Position numbers and translations under genes: made by a program. The notes below the pieces were generated by a model. That model was not told where the DNA came from and searched no databases. It saw only the letters and a list, made by a program, of their open reading frames with translations. A stretch of 64,000 nt of DNA, from sequence record MK327931.1, one strand, 5' to 3'. Positions 1-9,118 of this stretch are shown here, piece by piece; the stretch's first letter is position 1; every line of letters starts with the position of its first letter.

Positions 1-152
1 AGGTTACCCGCCCTTTAGCCCCCTACGCATTTTGCCATAGTCCAATCCCTTTTATTTCAAAAAAGTCAAGGGATTACCTATGCATTTTTTTAACGCATAA
101 TTTTAAAAACGCCTTGACTTTTTTCTGAATCAGTACTAGATCCCTTTACGCA

Positions 153-362
153 TTAATCCTTCGTTACGCTAACGATTATCTGTGTATCCCCGTAGTCCTG
201 CCATACTTCCACGCCATCGGTCGCCCTGGTTAGTCGTGCTGTCATCTGCTTAATGGTCTTAGGCTTTAGTGGAACCTGTTGCAGTACTGTACGCATAGCA
301 TCATTGACGTTATCATGTACGCCTGCAATAGTACCTAGAACGCTGTATACTGTATAGAACAT
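153..362 (-). CDS. hypothetical early protein (69 aa)
   Basis: ORF track; AGGAGG SD upstream. Confidence 0.8.
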   Translation of the reverse strand: MFYTVYSVLGTIAGVHDNVNDAMRTVLQQVPLKPKTIKQMTARLTRATDGVEVWQDYGDTQIIVSVTKD

Positions 363-430
363 ATGTATGCCCTCCTGATATAGTTAAGGCCGCTACAAGG
401 CGGCCTATGATGTTTGGTGATGTGTAACGC

Positions 431-832
431 TTACAGTCCTAAGATAGTGCGTGCTTCGTTACGTTCCGTACACAGCTGCATGATGTGAGCAAGTAAGTCC
501 TTGCTAATGTATCCGGTGTTCATAGCTTCACGAATAGATACATCATACGCACCGAACCCCGTGCGAACGATACGCACATCATTCAGGTTAGTATTATAGA
601 TACCGCCGAGATCAACGGCTTCGAATACTACATCAACAGAATATTCATTGTTGCCATCGTGGAAGTTTTCCAGTGCAATAGTATTGGATACCGCCCAACG
701 TTTGCAGTTTCCAATGATGCGGCACTGTTCCGGTTGGATAGTACCATTACTTACAGCGTACTCCAGTGCATCTTTACCAAAAGTCCGAGCCAGTACTAAA
801 ACGTCAGCGAAGGAATTGATTGAGAAGGTCAT
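431..832 (-). CDS. hypothetical early protein (133 aa, MTFSINSF)
   Basis: start moved to ATG after AAGGAG; own promoter and hairpin at 850-915. Confidence 0.85.
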   Translation of the reverse strand: MTFSINSFADVLVLARTFGKDALEYAVSNGTIQPEQCRIIGNCKRWAVSNTIALENFHDGNNEYSVDVVFEAVDLGGIYNTNLNDVRIVRTGFGAYDVSIREAMNTGYISKDLLAHIMQLCTERNEARTILGL

Positions 833-921
833 GATAAAACTCCTTAATTTAGGAGGGAGAACCATTTCCCCCTCTCTATGTAAAACATTATACTTGATTC
901 TAAGTACTATGCAAGTACTTT

Positions 922-1254
922 TTACATTTTAATACCTGGATTCAGGTAGCGGTGAGATCCATATTCTGGATCGGTTTCGGTCCAGTACTGTAAATCGATA
1001 GTACCTTTCGCGTTAATCTTGTCTACCAGCTTATTCATCTTAGTGTATACTACGTCAGCATCGATGCGTTTAAAGCCAGTAGCTTTAGTGAAGTAGTAGT
1101 GATTTGCTTCACTATCATTAAGGATATACCGAGCACCGTTTGCAGTCTGTGCGATAATGATTGAGTATTCTACTTCCCGATCCAGACCGTCGATGAATAC
1201 AGATGAAACATTGGTACGGATGAAAGCTTTAACGATAGCGATTGAAGTACTCAT
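922..1254 (-). CDS. hypothetical early protein (110 aa)
   Basis: AGGAG SD; own TTGACA-TAATAA/AATAAT promoter. Confidence 0.85.
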   Translation of the reverse strand: MSTSIAIVKAFIRTNVSSVFIDGLDREVEYSIIIAQTANGARYILNDSEANHYYFTKATGFKRIDADVVYTKMNKLVDKINAKGTIDLQYWTETDPEYGSHRYLNPGIKM

Positions 1255-1403
1255 TTTGAATCTCCTAACTTTGTGGGCCGTCGCACCATTGCCGCCCTAC
1301 GAGATACATTATTGCAGTACTGATATACTTTGTCAATACTTTTTTTATTAATAGTTTTCACCCCACCAGCAGATAGTTACTCACCGTTATTAACTATATA
1401 TTT

Positions 1404-1487
1404 TAGATACACTCCTGCACCCAGTGGGCTAGTTTTTGTCTATGCGTATATAATAGCAAAGGGACTGACCGGAGTCAATCCCTTTTT
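1404..1487 (-). ncRNA. promoter-driven two-hairpin RNA module, family A copy 1
   Basis: TTGACT-17-TATTAT then TAG-ACAAAAA-CTA, GCCCACTGGGTGCA-GGAG-TGTATCT; no ORF. Confidence 0.6.
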
Positions 1488-1500
1488 TTATTCTTTTTTG

Positions 1501-1701
1501 TTAGATGATTCTCCAATCTTCTACGATCATGGTAAGATAACGGACCATCGATTCAAGTGATTCGAATTCCCGATAGTCTGCCGCTCCACCAGCGGTACAA
1601 GTACAGCCGATTAAACCATTTTGTAATTCCTTAATCTGTACATCGATAAGGTTGGCTTTAGCTTCTTTCAGTACTTCAACCAGGGCGATAGCGATAGACA
1701 T
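1501..1701 (-). CDS. hypothetical early protein (66 aa)
   Basis: GGAG SD; promoter cassette upstream. Confidence 0.8.
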   Translation of the reverse strand: MSIAIALVEVLKEAKANLIDVQIKELQNGLIGCTCTAGGAADYREFESLESMVRYLTMIVEDWRII

Positions 1702-1790
1702 AATGTTTTACTCCAAACTATTGACGGGAGAACTATTCCCCCGCTCTATGTAAAACATTATACATTACTGGTTAGTACTGTCAAATAGTT

Positions 1791-2048
1791 TTATGAAATA
1801 TCTTCGATGTAGTCGGCCCATTTCATTTTTTCAGTACTGTCAATGGCTACCGGATTATTTGGATCAAACCATTCACCATTCCCGCAATACATACCCACGG
1901 CAACGGTTTTATATCCATCCTGTGCAGTACTCCACGACATAGCACGATAGATATGGCCTTTAACTGGTTGCAATACTGGTAATGTTTTATGGTCTTCTAC
2001 GTAGGCCATAGCTTGAGGATTTACCCGATATTGTGTGAACTGTTCCAT
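1791..2048 (-). CDS. hypothetical early protein (85 aa)
   Basis: SD and own promoter. Confidence 0.8.
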   Translation of the reverse strand: MEQFTQYRVNPQAMAYVEDHKTLPVLQPVKGHIYRAMSWSTAQDGYKTVAVGMYCGNGEWFDPNNPVAIDSTEKMKWADYIEDIS

Positions 2049-2124
2049 TATGTTTCCCCTTGTAGTTAGTAAAGTTATTACATCAGTACTATCAAGCTAT
2101 GTCAATAGTACTGAAATAAAACTT

Positions 2125-2349
2125 TTAGATTAGATTATTGATGCCGTTGATGGTAGACTCGCTTTCTTCTTTCTCCCATTGGCGGTAGTACTTCCATGCT
2201 TCATGATATGTGGCGATTAGTTCATCTTTTTGATCCTGAGTACATGCCAGTACTGAATCACGGTGAGCGGTTTTATAGATAGAATCGAATGATTTCTTCT
2301 CTTCTGCCAGGTTAGCTACTTCCCGCATCAGTTCATCAAAGTTAGCCAT
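2125..2349 (-). CDS. hypothetical early protein (74 aa)
   Basis: AAGGAG SD and promoter cassette. Confidence 0.8.
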   Translation of the reverse strand: MANFDELMREVANLAEEKKSFDSIYKTAHRDSVLACTQDQKDELIATYHEAWKYYRQWEKEESESTINGINNLI

Positions 2350-2416
2350 TTTATTACTCCTTTTAGTGGGGGAGGATATCTCCCCCTATGCAAAACATTA
2401 TACTTTGTTTTAGTTA

Positions 2417-2680
2417 TTATGCAAGTACTTTTTTCATATAAAGATTATATTCTACACCGCCGTAACCTTCTACGATGATATGTTTTGCGTTATCACGTTT
2501 GCACATAGTGAAACCGTTGTTGATGTGTTCTGCATTTTCCAGGGCGACATCACCGATAGCGGCACATACGGCACTAATAACAGTATTCCGCAAAGTACTG
2601 GTATCATTAGCGGTCATAGTAGTTTGCAGTACTACGTTGTCGTATACGTGTGCATTGATAGTGATTTCGATAGTGTTCAT
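2417..2680 (-). CDS. hypothetical early protein (87 aa)
   Basis: CAGGAG SD and promoter cassette. Confidence 0.8.
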   Translation of the reverse strand: MNTIEITINAHVYDNVVLQTTMTANDTSTLRNTVISAVCAAIGDVALENAEHINNGFTMCKRDNAKHIIVEGYGGVEYNLYMKKVLA

Positions 2681-2766
2681 GGTGTATCTCCTGGACTGGC
2701 GGGAGAACTATTCCCCCGCTCTATGTAAAACATTATACGTTAATCTAACTACAATGCAAGTACTTT

Positions 2767-2958
2767 TTAAATTTTATTTCCGATATAGTCCGGTCTATTC
2801 TTTTCGGTCATACGCTTTGCTAATGTTTGCATATGGCTTATTGCGTTTAATGTGTCTTCCTCCAGGGATGAATCAACATAATCAGGATCATTCTTCACCT
2901 TGCAATGATTATGATAGCGTAGTACTGCCAGTACTTTTTTAACTTCTTCTACTGTCAT
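2767..2958 (-). CDS. hypothetical early protein (63 aa)
   Basis: ATGA-type coupling with upstream gene. Confidence 0.75.
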   Translation of the reverse strand: MTVEEVKKVLAVLRYHNHCKVKNDPDYVDSSLEEDTLNAISHMQTLAKRMTEKNRPDYIGNKI

Positions 2959-3227
2959 AATAAGTACCCCACTTCGTTAGCTTTCAGGTTAGTATCAATC
3001 ATCAGTGGATTTTTGTAGTTCACAAAACGATTAGTTTTCTCGATAGCGAATCCCATATAATCCAGCTTACTAACAGTACATTCATTCTTAAAAACTTCTT
3101 TCGCTGCATCGATGGCTGATTGCATGGATAACCGACCATCTAAATTAATGTTTCCAAATGATCCACCAGCAGAAGTAGGATTACCGTTCATATCTTTAAT
3201 GATCATAGTAGCGGAGTAGCTGGACAT
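2955..3227 (-). CDS. hypothetical early protein (90 aa)
   Basis: AAGGA SD and promoter cassette. Confidence 0.8.
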   Translation of the reverse strand: MSSYSATMIIKDMNGNPTSAGGSFGNINLDGRLSMQSAIDAAKEVFKNECTVSKLDYMGFAIEKTNRFVNYKNPLMIDTNLKANEVGYLL

Positions 3228-3314
3228 AATTTTGTTTCCTTTTAGTATCGGGGAGAACTATTCTCCCCTTGATGTAAACTATTATACAGTACTGATATAC
3301 TTTGTCAAATACTT

Positions 3315-3722
3315 TTATTCGCCCATATAGATTAAGTTATCATCGCCTACATAGGGATCGCAAACGTTGATTTCTTCGCAGTACTTCGTGAATACATCGC
3401 CATAGTGACCTAAACCACGATCCCAAAAACCAGTTCCGTGACCTTCGCGGGTAAGGAACAGATCATGACCAGCTTGCTCATAACCGTAATCAATAAACAT
3501 ACCGCGAACTACTTCCAGATCATTACCGTGTTTCTCAATGAAGCGAGAACATGCAATCACCGCCGCTTGACGTGCTTCATCAGATAACTCATAATCTTCC
3601 AGGTAATCGCCGTTATCATTATGTACAGTACTGAATTGCATAGCTTCAATGTAAGCTACAACCATTGCAGCATGATTTTTATCGTTAGTGATGTTCCGAG
3701 CGAGATTAGTAGTAGTAGACAT
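3315..3722 (-). CDS. conserved phage hypothetical protein (GHDxxLTRxGHGxGFWDR motif)
   Basis: motif recalled from small phage proteins; own promoter cassette. Confidence 0.8.
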   Translation of the reverse strand: MSTTTNLARNITNDKNHAAMVVAYIEAMQFSTVHNDNGDYLEDYELSDEARQAAVIACSRFIEKHGNDLEVVRGMFIDYGYEQAGHDLFLTREGHGTGFWDRGLGHYGDVFTKYCEEINVCDPYVGDDNLIYMGE

Positions 3723-3805
3723 GATTTTATTCCTTATTGTATTGGGGAGAACTATTCTCCCCTTGATGTAAACTATTATACAGTACTGATATACTTTGTC
3801 AATAC

Positions 3806-4027
3806 TTAATTACGTTTAAAATGATATGTGCCTTTATCATCCTGTACGCCCCACACTGATTTACCATCAACACCAGTGAAACCGGATTGTAATTCAATAT
3901 GGAAACCATTATTATCAACTACAAAAACTTTTTTATTTTCATCCCGATAACATTGATATTCTGAATCAACATTAAAGGCCGCATCATTCAGAAGATTGGA
4001 AGCGTAAATGCAAGTCATTGTAGTCAT
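3806..4027 (-). CDS. hypothetical early protein (73 aa, MTTMTC)
   Basis: start moved to ATG after AAGGA SD. Confidence 0.8.
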   Translation of the reverse strand: MTTMTCIYASNLLNDAAFNVDSEYQCYRDENKKVFVVDNNGFHIELQSGFTGVDGKSVWGVQDDKGTYHFKRN

Positions 4028-4150
4028 GATTTTATTCCTTATTACCAGGGAGAACCATTTCCCCCTCTCTATGTAAAACATTATACTTGATTCTAAGTAC
4101 AATGCAAGTACTTTTTATCAAATAGTTTTCAGTACTGAATACTTATATAA

Positions 4151-4240
4151 TAGATACACTTCCGCACCCTATGGGTCAGTGAGTTATCTCTCAATGAATA
4201 TATAATAGCAAAGGGACTGACCGGAGTCAATCCCTTTTTT
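4151..4240 (-). ncRNA. two-hairpin RNA module, family A copy 2
   Basis: TTGACT-17-TATTAT; TGAG-AGATAA-CTCA; CCCATAGGGTGCG-GAAG-TGTATCT. Confidence 0.6.
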
Positions 4241-4248
4241 AATCTTTT

Positions 4249-4833
4249 TTATCGTGTTACCTTACTTGCTTCTACATCACGCTTTTTATAGTACTGATTC
4301 CAGATATTGCGGGTTAAACCGTAATCAAGTACTTTAATAAGGCCATTACGATCCTGGCCGATATTCTGTTTTCTGATATCTCTTATCGTTAGTGTTGATA
4401 ATGTATCATCAACGTGTTGTAGTGCATCAGCAAAGCGGTGCTGGCGTTCAATGGCATTACGTTTAATATTGTACTTTAATTCATTGCACGCGTTTACGTG
4501 CTTTACACTGCCTTTACTTGCAGTACTCAACCGATCCATAACGATAAACATATTATCAGGATCGCATAAATGCATATGCACCTTTGCAAAGTACTGTTTC
4601 AATTGAGGGCGGTCATAATCTAAAAAATTCCATACCTTACATTCAGTTTCATTTTGTTCTACACCCGCATCACAATTCGCGACCTTGATCACTAACCGAT
4701 CATTTAAAGCGAATACAATACGGGAAGAACCCGCACCGATGATCTCCAGACCAGCTAACCGACAAGCTGAAAGGATCTCTTTGTTGGTTTCCATTTCTGA
4801 CAGGGTACGGATGAATTTAGTATAATTACGCAT
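4249..4833 (-). CDS. Ser/Thr protein kinase-like protein (194 aa)
   Basis: IGAGSSRIVF Gly loop, VIKVA, NETE, DIRKQNIG catalytic loop, LDYG; start after AAGGAG. Confidence 0.75.
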   Translation of the reverse strand: MRNYTKFIRTLSEMETNKEILSACRLAGLEIIGAGSSRIVFALNDRLVIKVANCDAGVEQNETECKVWNFLDYDRPQLKQYFAKVHMHLCDPDNMFIVMDRLSTASKGSVKHVNACNELKYNIKRNAIERQHRFADALQHVDDTLSTLTIRDIRKQNIGQDRNGLIKVLDYGLTRNIWNQYYKKRDVEASKVTR

Positions 4834-4864
4834 TGCATGTTCTCCTTGAGTTAATGAAACTATC

Positions 4865-5107
4865 TTACAGTACTTTACTATCAATGGCAACTACTTTTTT
4901 AACATTAACGGCGTGGATCACCTCCTTAGTGTTTTTAGTACTGAATACTTTCGCCGCCCCATTCACGACCGTGATACGATAGCGACCATTAACATCAACC
5001 ATATTAATAAAGTCCGGCGTGCTGAATGGTGTTGTTTTACATTTGAGTACTGTTAACAATTCCACCAGCGATGTAGTTTCTTTGATACGTTTTTCTAAAG
5101 TAATCAT
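4865..5107 (-). CDS. hypothetical early protein (80 aa)
   Basis: SD; duplicated 60-bp promoter/RBS upstream. Confidence 0.8.
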   Translation of the reverse strand: MITLEKRIKETTSLVELLTVLKCKTTPFSTPDFINMVDVNGRYRITVVNGAAKVFSTKNTKEVIHAVNVKKVVAIDSKVL

Positions 5108-5165
5108 TTTGTTTTTCCCCGTGTTGGTATGTACATATAGTACTAAAACATTTGAGTACTGTCAA

Positions 5166-5384
5166 TTAGATAATATTATATTTCTTAAAATAAAATGCGT
5201 CCTGTGTTGGTTGATACTCAATGCCATTGCCGTTATTGACTTCAACTAATAAACCTTTGTCAATAAGTTTTTTAATAGTACGATACCCTTGTTGAAAATT
5301 GGTAAAATGTGAATCATTACGAAAGGTATAACCGTGCTTAACTGCTTCATCAATAGTTTTCTTTTCGATTTTAGATAATTTCAT
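5166..5384 (-). CDS. hypothetical early protein (72 aa, MKLSKIE)
   Basis: start moved to ATG after GGGAG; same 60-bp promoter/RBS repeat. Confidence 0.8.
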   Translation of the reverse strand: MKLSKIEKKTIDEAVKHGYTFRNDSHFTNFQQGYRTIKKLIDKGLLVEVNNGNGIEYQPTQDAFYFKKYNII

Positions 5385-5437
5385 TTTGTTTCTCCCGTGT
5401 TGGTATATGTACATAGTACTAAAACATTTGAGTACTG

Positions 5438-5692
5438 TCAACGTGATATTAGTTTTATTTTCTTATTATATTGTTGGTGTTCATATAGGTTTATCTTTCC
5501 TGTGTTCTCAATTACTATTCTGTTGTTAGTGTCCACATCGATTACACGCAGTTTCCCGTTGCTTAACTTCCTTGGTAATAGGTTACCATTAATAAACTCA
5601 TTAGCAAGCTGTACGGCCTTTGTGATGATTCTCTTCGGTGCTTTATAGTGTACCCGTAAGATGTTATCTTTATATAGTTGAACCTTAATCAT
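5438..5692 (-). CDS. hypothetical protein, possibly RelE/ParE-like fold (84 aa)
   Basis: pattern KAVQL..F..G...PRKL..G.L...V....RIV......LYEHQQYN resembles a ParE-like family from memory. Confidence 0.6.
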   Translation of the reverse strand: MIKVQLYKDNILRVHYKAPKRIITKAVQLANEFINGNLLPRKLSNGKLRVIDVDTNNRIVIENTGKINLYEHQQYNKKIKLISR

Positions 5693-5753
5693 TTTGTTTG
5701 TCCTATAAAAAAGGCGGGAACTGATCCCGCCGTGTTGTTAGTACTGCAAGTTA

Positions 5754-6149
5754 TTAGATAACCTGGCGGCGTTTACTGAATACTGTTACACGATTACCCT
5801 TACGGTCGTGTCGGATCTCTTTCTGGTTGCGAATCAGTTCACTTGGACGCTTAAGGTTTGCCAGGTGATCCGCGTGAGTCCATGCGGTGTGGTTTACCTG
5901 TACTTTGATATCAGAATCAGCGATAAACTCATCTTGTGCGTCAAGTATTGCCGCCAGCATATCCGCTCGTTTTAGTTCTGCTGCTGTCAGTACTGGCTCA
6001 GGTGAATTCACAATATCAGAGATTTCTTTGAACTGTACGGCCCAGCGTTGACCTTTCGGTGCATCTTTGCCCATGTCTTTAAATGCTGCTCCTTCCTCGC
6101 GTGCAACAATACGGGCAGCTTCACGGGTAGCGTAGAATTTAGTAATCAT
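5754..6149 (-). CDS. hypothetical early protein, paralogue of 17936-18202
   Basis: shares (F/Y)ATRE.AR..AR..GA.FKDMG, G.RWA and DRKGNRVTV. Confidence 0.85.
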   Translation of the reverse strand: MITKFYATREAARIVAREEGAAFKDMGKDAPKGQRWAVQFKEISDIVNSPEPVLTAAELKRADMLAAILDAQDEFIADSDIKVQVNHTAWTHADHLANLKRPSELIRNQKEIRHDRKGNRVTVFSKRRQVI

Positions 6150-6244
6150 GGTATACATCCTATTAGTTGAGATAGTACTACAAGTTAGAGTCTATTATAA
6201 AGTACTATCTGGGCAATGTCAAATAGTACTTTAAATGGATTCTA

Positions 6245-6568
6245 TTACATGTCTTTCTTACGTTTTACATCGTAGTATCGAACTGTAATTTCTTTGTTGA
6301 TCTCTTCCTCGATGCGGTGAATAACTTTTTCTTTCGGGTTGAAACCTATAACGGTTTCTTTAATGATCTCCAAGCCCGTGTATTCGCCTTGTGTACCGTA
6401 ACCGTATGTAAAGGTTTCGTGTCCCAGGTCTTCCCAGCGGTCGCCAATTAACGCTGACACGTAGCAAGAGTGGTAAGTATTGCCGTTCCGATCAGTCCAG
6501 CGATTAACTTTAATGTCAAAGGAGGTTACAATTTTCAGTTCTACTTTCTGGGTAAGGATCATAGCCAT
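6245..6568 (-). CDS. hypothetical early protein, paralogue of 12363-12686
   Basis: shares RWTD..GNTYHSC.VS, E.FTYGY and RKKD. Confidence 0.85.
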   Translation of the reverse strand: MAMILTQKVELKIVTSFDIKVNRWTDRNGNTYHSCYVSALIGDRWEDLGHETFTYGYGTQGEYTGLEIIKETVIGFNPKEKVIHRIEEEINKEITVRYYDVKRKKDM

Positions 6569-6929
6569 TTTTATTTCTCTCTCTTTGTTAGGAGGGGAAC
6601 CATTCCCCTCGCTTGATGTAAACTATTATACAGTACTAAGATACTTTGTCAATACTTATTTTTTGGAAAGTTTACGCATTAATTCTACGCTTTCTTGTGA
6701 ACGTTTTGCTACCTGGCAAGCTGTATGGGCAGTAAACATTTTTGTATAGTCTGACGCTTTGCCACCAAACCGAGCGGCACGTTCACGGGCACTTGGAACT
6801 AATACTATTTCTTTCTTGCAGATAGTGCACTTAGCCATTTTTATTTCTCTCTCTTTGTTAGGAGGGGAACCGTTTCCCCTCACTTGATGTAAACTATTAT
6901 ACAGTACTAAGATACTTTATCAATACTTA
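6563..6929. repeat. about 95-bp near-identical direct repeats (6563-6657, 6833-6929) flanking one gene
   Basis: agccattttt(t)atttctctctctttgttaggaggggaacc...gatgtaaactattatacagtactaagatacttt in both. Confidence 0.9.
6656..6838 (-). CDS. small putative Zn-binding protein (60 aa; CxxC...HxxC)
   Basis: MAKCTIC...AHTACQ; start after GAGAG SD. Confidence 0.75.
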   Translation of the reverse strand: MAKCTICKKEIVLVPSARERAARFGGKASDYTKMFTAHTACQVAKRSQESVELMRKLSKK

Positions 6930-7202
6930 AGTATTGTAAATGTCGTGAATAGTGATAAAGTTTTTACGACCGTAAACCTGCAAATCAATATCAATGTAGT
7001 GCTTATCTAGTACATCCTCGACGCTTAACGCGGTGTCGTGGATATCTTCGTAGAATTGAGGATCTACAATCTTGCTTAAGTCATCCGGCGTTAACTTATC
7101 GTTAAGCCATTGAACCGCCTGGATATCTGCTTCACGTTTCCAGTCTTCCAGGTTAGTAGTCAGTACTTGTTCGATTTCGTTAGCTGTCAGTAGAATCCGC
7201 AT
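6927..7202 (-). CDS. hypothetical acidic early protein (91 aa)
   Basis: AAGGA SD and promoter. Confidence 0.8.
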   Translation of the reverse strand: MRILLTANEIEQVLTTNLEDWKREADIQAVQWLNDKLTPDDLSKIVDPQFYEDIHDTALSVEDVLDKHYIDIDLQVYGRKNFITIHDIYNT

Positions 7203-7271
7203 TTTTATGTTTCCTTATCAGTGGTTGATGTAAGTATTATACTCGTTTACTTTCTATTGTCAAACTATTTT

Positions 7272-7379
7272 ATCAGGGGAGTTTTTCGTATGTCTTACTC
7301 CTGGACTACTTAACAGGGTTACTTATTTCGTTCCCCGTCCTGATGTAAAACATTATACTTGATTCTAAGTACAATGCAA
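7272..7379 (-). ncRNA. promoter-driven 73-nt structured RNA, family B copy 1
   Basis: TTGCAT-17-TATAAT; ATCAGG..CCTGAT ends; GGAGT-AAGACATACGAAAA-ACTCC; no start codon. Confidence 0.6.
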
Positions 7380-7424
7380 GTACTTTTTTAAAAATAGTTT
7401 TCAGTACTAGCCACCAGCAAACAA

Positions 7425-7508
7425 TAGATACATTTATGCACCCTGTGGGCTGATTTGTTTCTATGCGTATATAATAGCAAAGGGACTGACCGGAGTCAAT
7501 CCCTTTTT
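7425..7508 (-). ncRNA. two-hairpin RNA module, family A copy 3
   Basis: TTGACT-17-TATTAT; GCCCACAGGGTGCA-TAAA-TGTATCT. Confidence 0.6.
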
Positions 7509-7517
7509 CAAATATTT

Positions 7518-7667
7518 TTAAACTTCTTTCGGGTTGCGATAGGTGATAGCGTTCGGGTACATTTGTTTAATGTTATTCCATGCCTGGTTAACATTATAAC
7601 CACTTGAGCGAATCAGTTGGTTACTACCGACACCTTGAAACACTACTTCGAATAAGAATTCTTTCAT
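7518..7667 (-). CDS. small hypothetical protein (49 aa, MKEFLFEV)
   Basis: read by hand; GAGGTG SD; coupled to upstream ORF. Confidence 0.7.
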   Translation of the reverse strand: MKEFLFEVVFQGVGSNQLIRSSGYNVNQAWNNIKQMYPNAITYRNPKEV

Positions 7668-7837
7668 GCTTTCACCTCGCTATCTGCTTTACCTTTACGC
7701 CAGGACATTACTAATTGTTCGCGTTGCCATAAGTCGAGTGATACAAAAAGTTTTGCGGTATCACTTTTAGGATACTCGCCAGTAGTACCTAACCGATAAA
7801 ACAGATCTTTCAGTACTGATAATTCTACTTGAATCAT
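7664..7837 (-). CDS. small hypothetical protein (57 aa, MIQVELS)
   Basis: read by hand; CAGGAG SD. Confidence 0.7.
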   Translation of the reverse strand: MIQVELSVLKDLFYRLGTTGEYPKSDTAKLFVSLDLWQREQLVMSWRKGKADSEVKA

Positions 7838-7926
7838 TTTATTACTCCTGATTGCGTTAATACTTCTACTATTGCATGAATGATCATAAGTACAGCTAAC
7901 ACAATAATCATCGGATTCATTTGCAT
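7834..7926 (-). CDS. small hydrophobic peptide (30 aa)
   Basis: read by hand; AAGGAG SD; single TM-like stretch. Confidence 0.6.
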   Translation of the reverse strand: MQMNPMIIVLAVLMIIHAIVEVLTQSGVIK

Positions 7927-7943
7927 AAGCTGTACTCCTTATA

Positions 7944-8156
7944 TTAATCTTTCAGCCAATGATCTTGAATGAATTTTTCACCGTATCCCTGTTTCATGGA
8001 TTCTAACAGGCGTTCGCGGTGAGCGGCGGCATATTGCTCAGTACTATGCGTTACGCCAGGCTGATAACGTGATACCCCATCCGGTCCGATGTATTGTACA
8101 TCCCACGGTTTTTCGTTAGTATCAGACCATTTACGAACGATTAGTTGACCTTGCAT
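7944..8156 (-). CDS. hypothetical early protein (70 aa)
   Basis: GAGG SD; promoter cassette. Confidence 0.8.
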   Translation of the reverse strand: MQGQLIVRKWSDTNEKPWDVQYIGPDGVSRYQPGVTHSTEQYAAAHRERLLESMKQGYGEKFIQDHWLKD

Positions 8157-8239
8157 TTTTCTTTCCTCTCAGTGGGGAGAATCATTTCTCCCCTTCATGT
8201 AACTTATTATACAGTACTAGATTATCTTGTCAATAGTTT

Positions 8240-8563
8240 TTATTCACCTTGTTTGAATTTAGTTTTCTCCATTGATTCCATGATTGCAACCAATACGCTG
8301 TGGATCTCGCTTAACGCGGAATCACTGAAAGCATTAATGAATAGTCGATCATTCTCGCGAATATTTTTAATGTACTTTTCAGCAGTAGTTGCGAATTCAT
8401 TCAACGGTAGATCAAATGCTTTATCCCATGATGGATGGCGTAATTGTAACAGTACTGGATTATCACGATCACCAGGGGAAAACGTACCAGTGATGAAACA
8501 TACGCCCGGAATACTTTCGAACTGGCAACGGACTTCCTTTGTGATAGTAGTATGAATGTACAT
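8240..8563 (-). CDS. hypothetical early protein (107 aa)
   Basis: GAGGA SD. Confidence 0.8.
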   Translation of the reverse strand: MYIHTTITKEVRCQFESIPGVCFITGTFSPGDRDNPVLLQLRHPSWDKAFDLPLNEFATTAEKYIKNIRENDRLFINAFSDSALSEIHSVLVAIMESMEKTKFKQGE

Positions 8564-8590
8564 TTATTGTTATCCTCTATTAAATTAATA

Positions 8591-8779
8591 TTACAGTTTA
8601 TGAATCAATTCTTTATCTAAGCGATAGCGTACATTATTAATAGTAACGGCATTGTTTTTAATGCTACGCTGTACAGGTCCACCAGCAATAACAAATGTTG
8701 CTTTATTACCCCGAACAATGATAGCACTTCCAGGATTACCGAAATCATCTTGTACTAAAATACTTGATAAGTTTTCCAT
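8591..8779 (-). CDS. hypothetical early protein (62 aa)
   Basis: GAGG SD; promoter cassette. Confidence 0.75.
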   Translation of the reverse strand: MENLSSILVQDDFGNPGSAIIVRGNKATFVIAGGPVQRSIKNNAVTINNVRYRLDKELIHKL

Positions 8780-8860
8780 TTTCATTTCCTCTTAGTAGGG
8801 GAAGATGTTTCCCCTTGATGTAAGTACTATAACACTACTGGATAGTACTGTCAATACTTT

Positions 8861-9118
8861 TTATCTCATAGATCTATGCCAACAATTACGCGGGGGACGT
8901 TTAAAAGTACTATCATGATCCTCCTGGCAAGTTATGCAGTACTTACATCCCTTAACAGCCTGGCGGCGATTCTCAGGGATTTTATCGCCACAGTCGAGGC
9001 AATGTATCAGTGATTCTATTTGTGCGTTAATTTGCTTTCTAGCGTGGTTTACGGCGGCCTGAATCACTGCGTTAATCTCGTCTTGTTCGGCCCCGTCTTT
9101 CGCGAATCCTACAGCCAT
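8861..9118 (-). CDS. TraR/DksA C4-type zinc-finger protein, YbiI-like
   Basis: MAVGFAKDGAEQDEI..., CLDCGDKIPENRRQAVKGCKYCITCQ matches the YbiI/TraR pattern. Confidence 0.9.
   Translation of the reverse strand: MAVGFAKDGAEQDEINAVIQAAVNHARKQINAQIESLIHCLDCGDKIPENRRQAVKGCKYCITCQEDHDSTFKRPPRNCWHRSMR

Noticed and set aside
7272-7346. tRNA or self-cleaving ribozyme (73-75 nt structured RNA)
   Set aside because: No T-loop GTTCRA, D-loop or cloverleaf; no hammerhead CUGAUGA/GAAA core in the transcribed strand.
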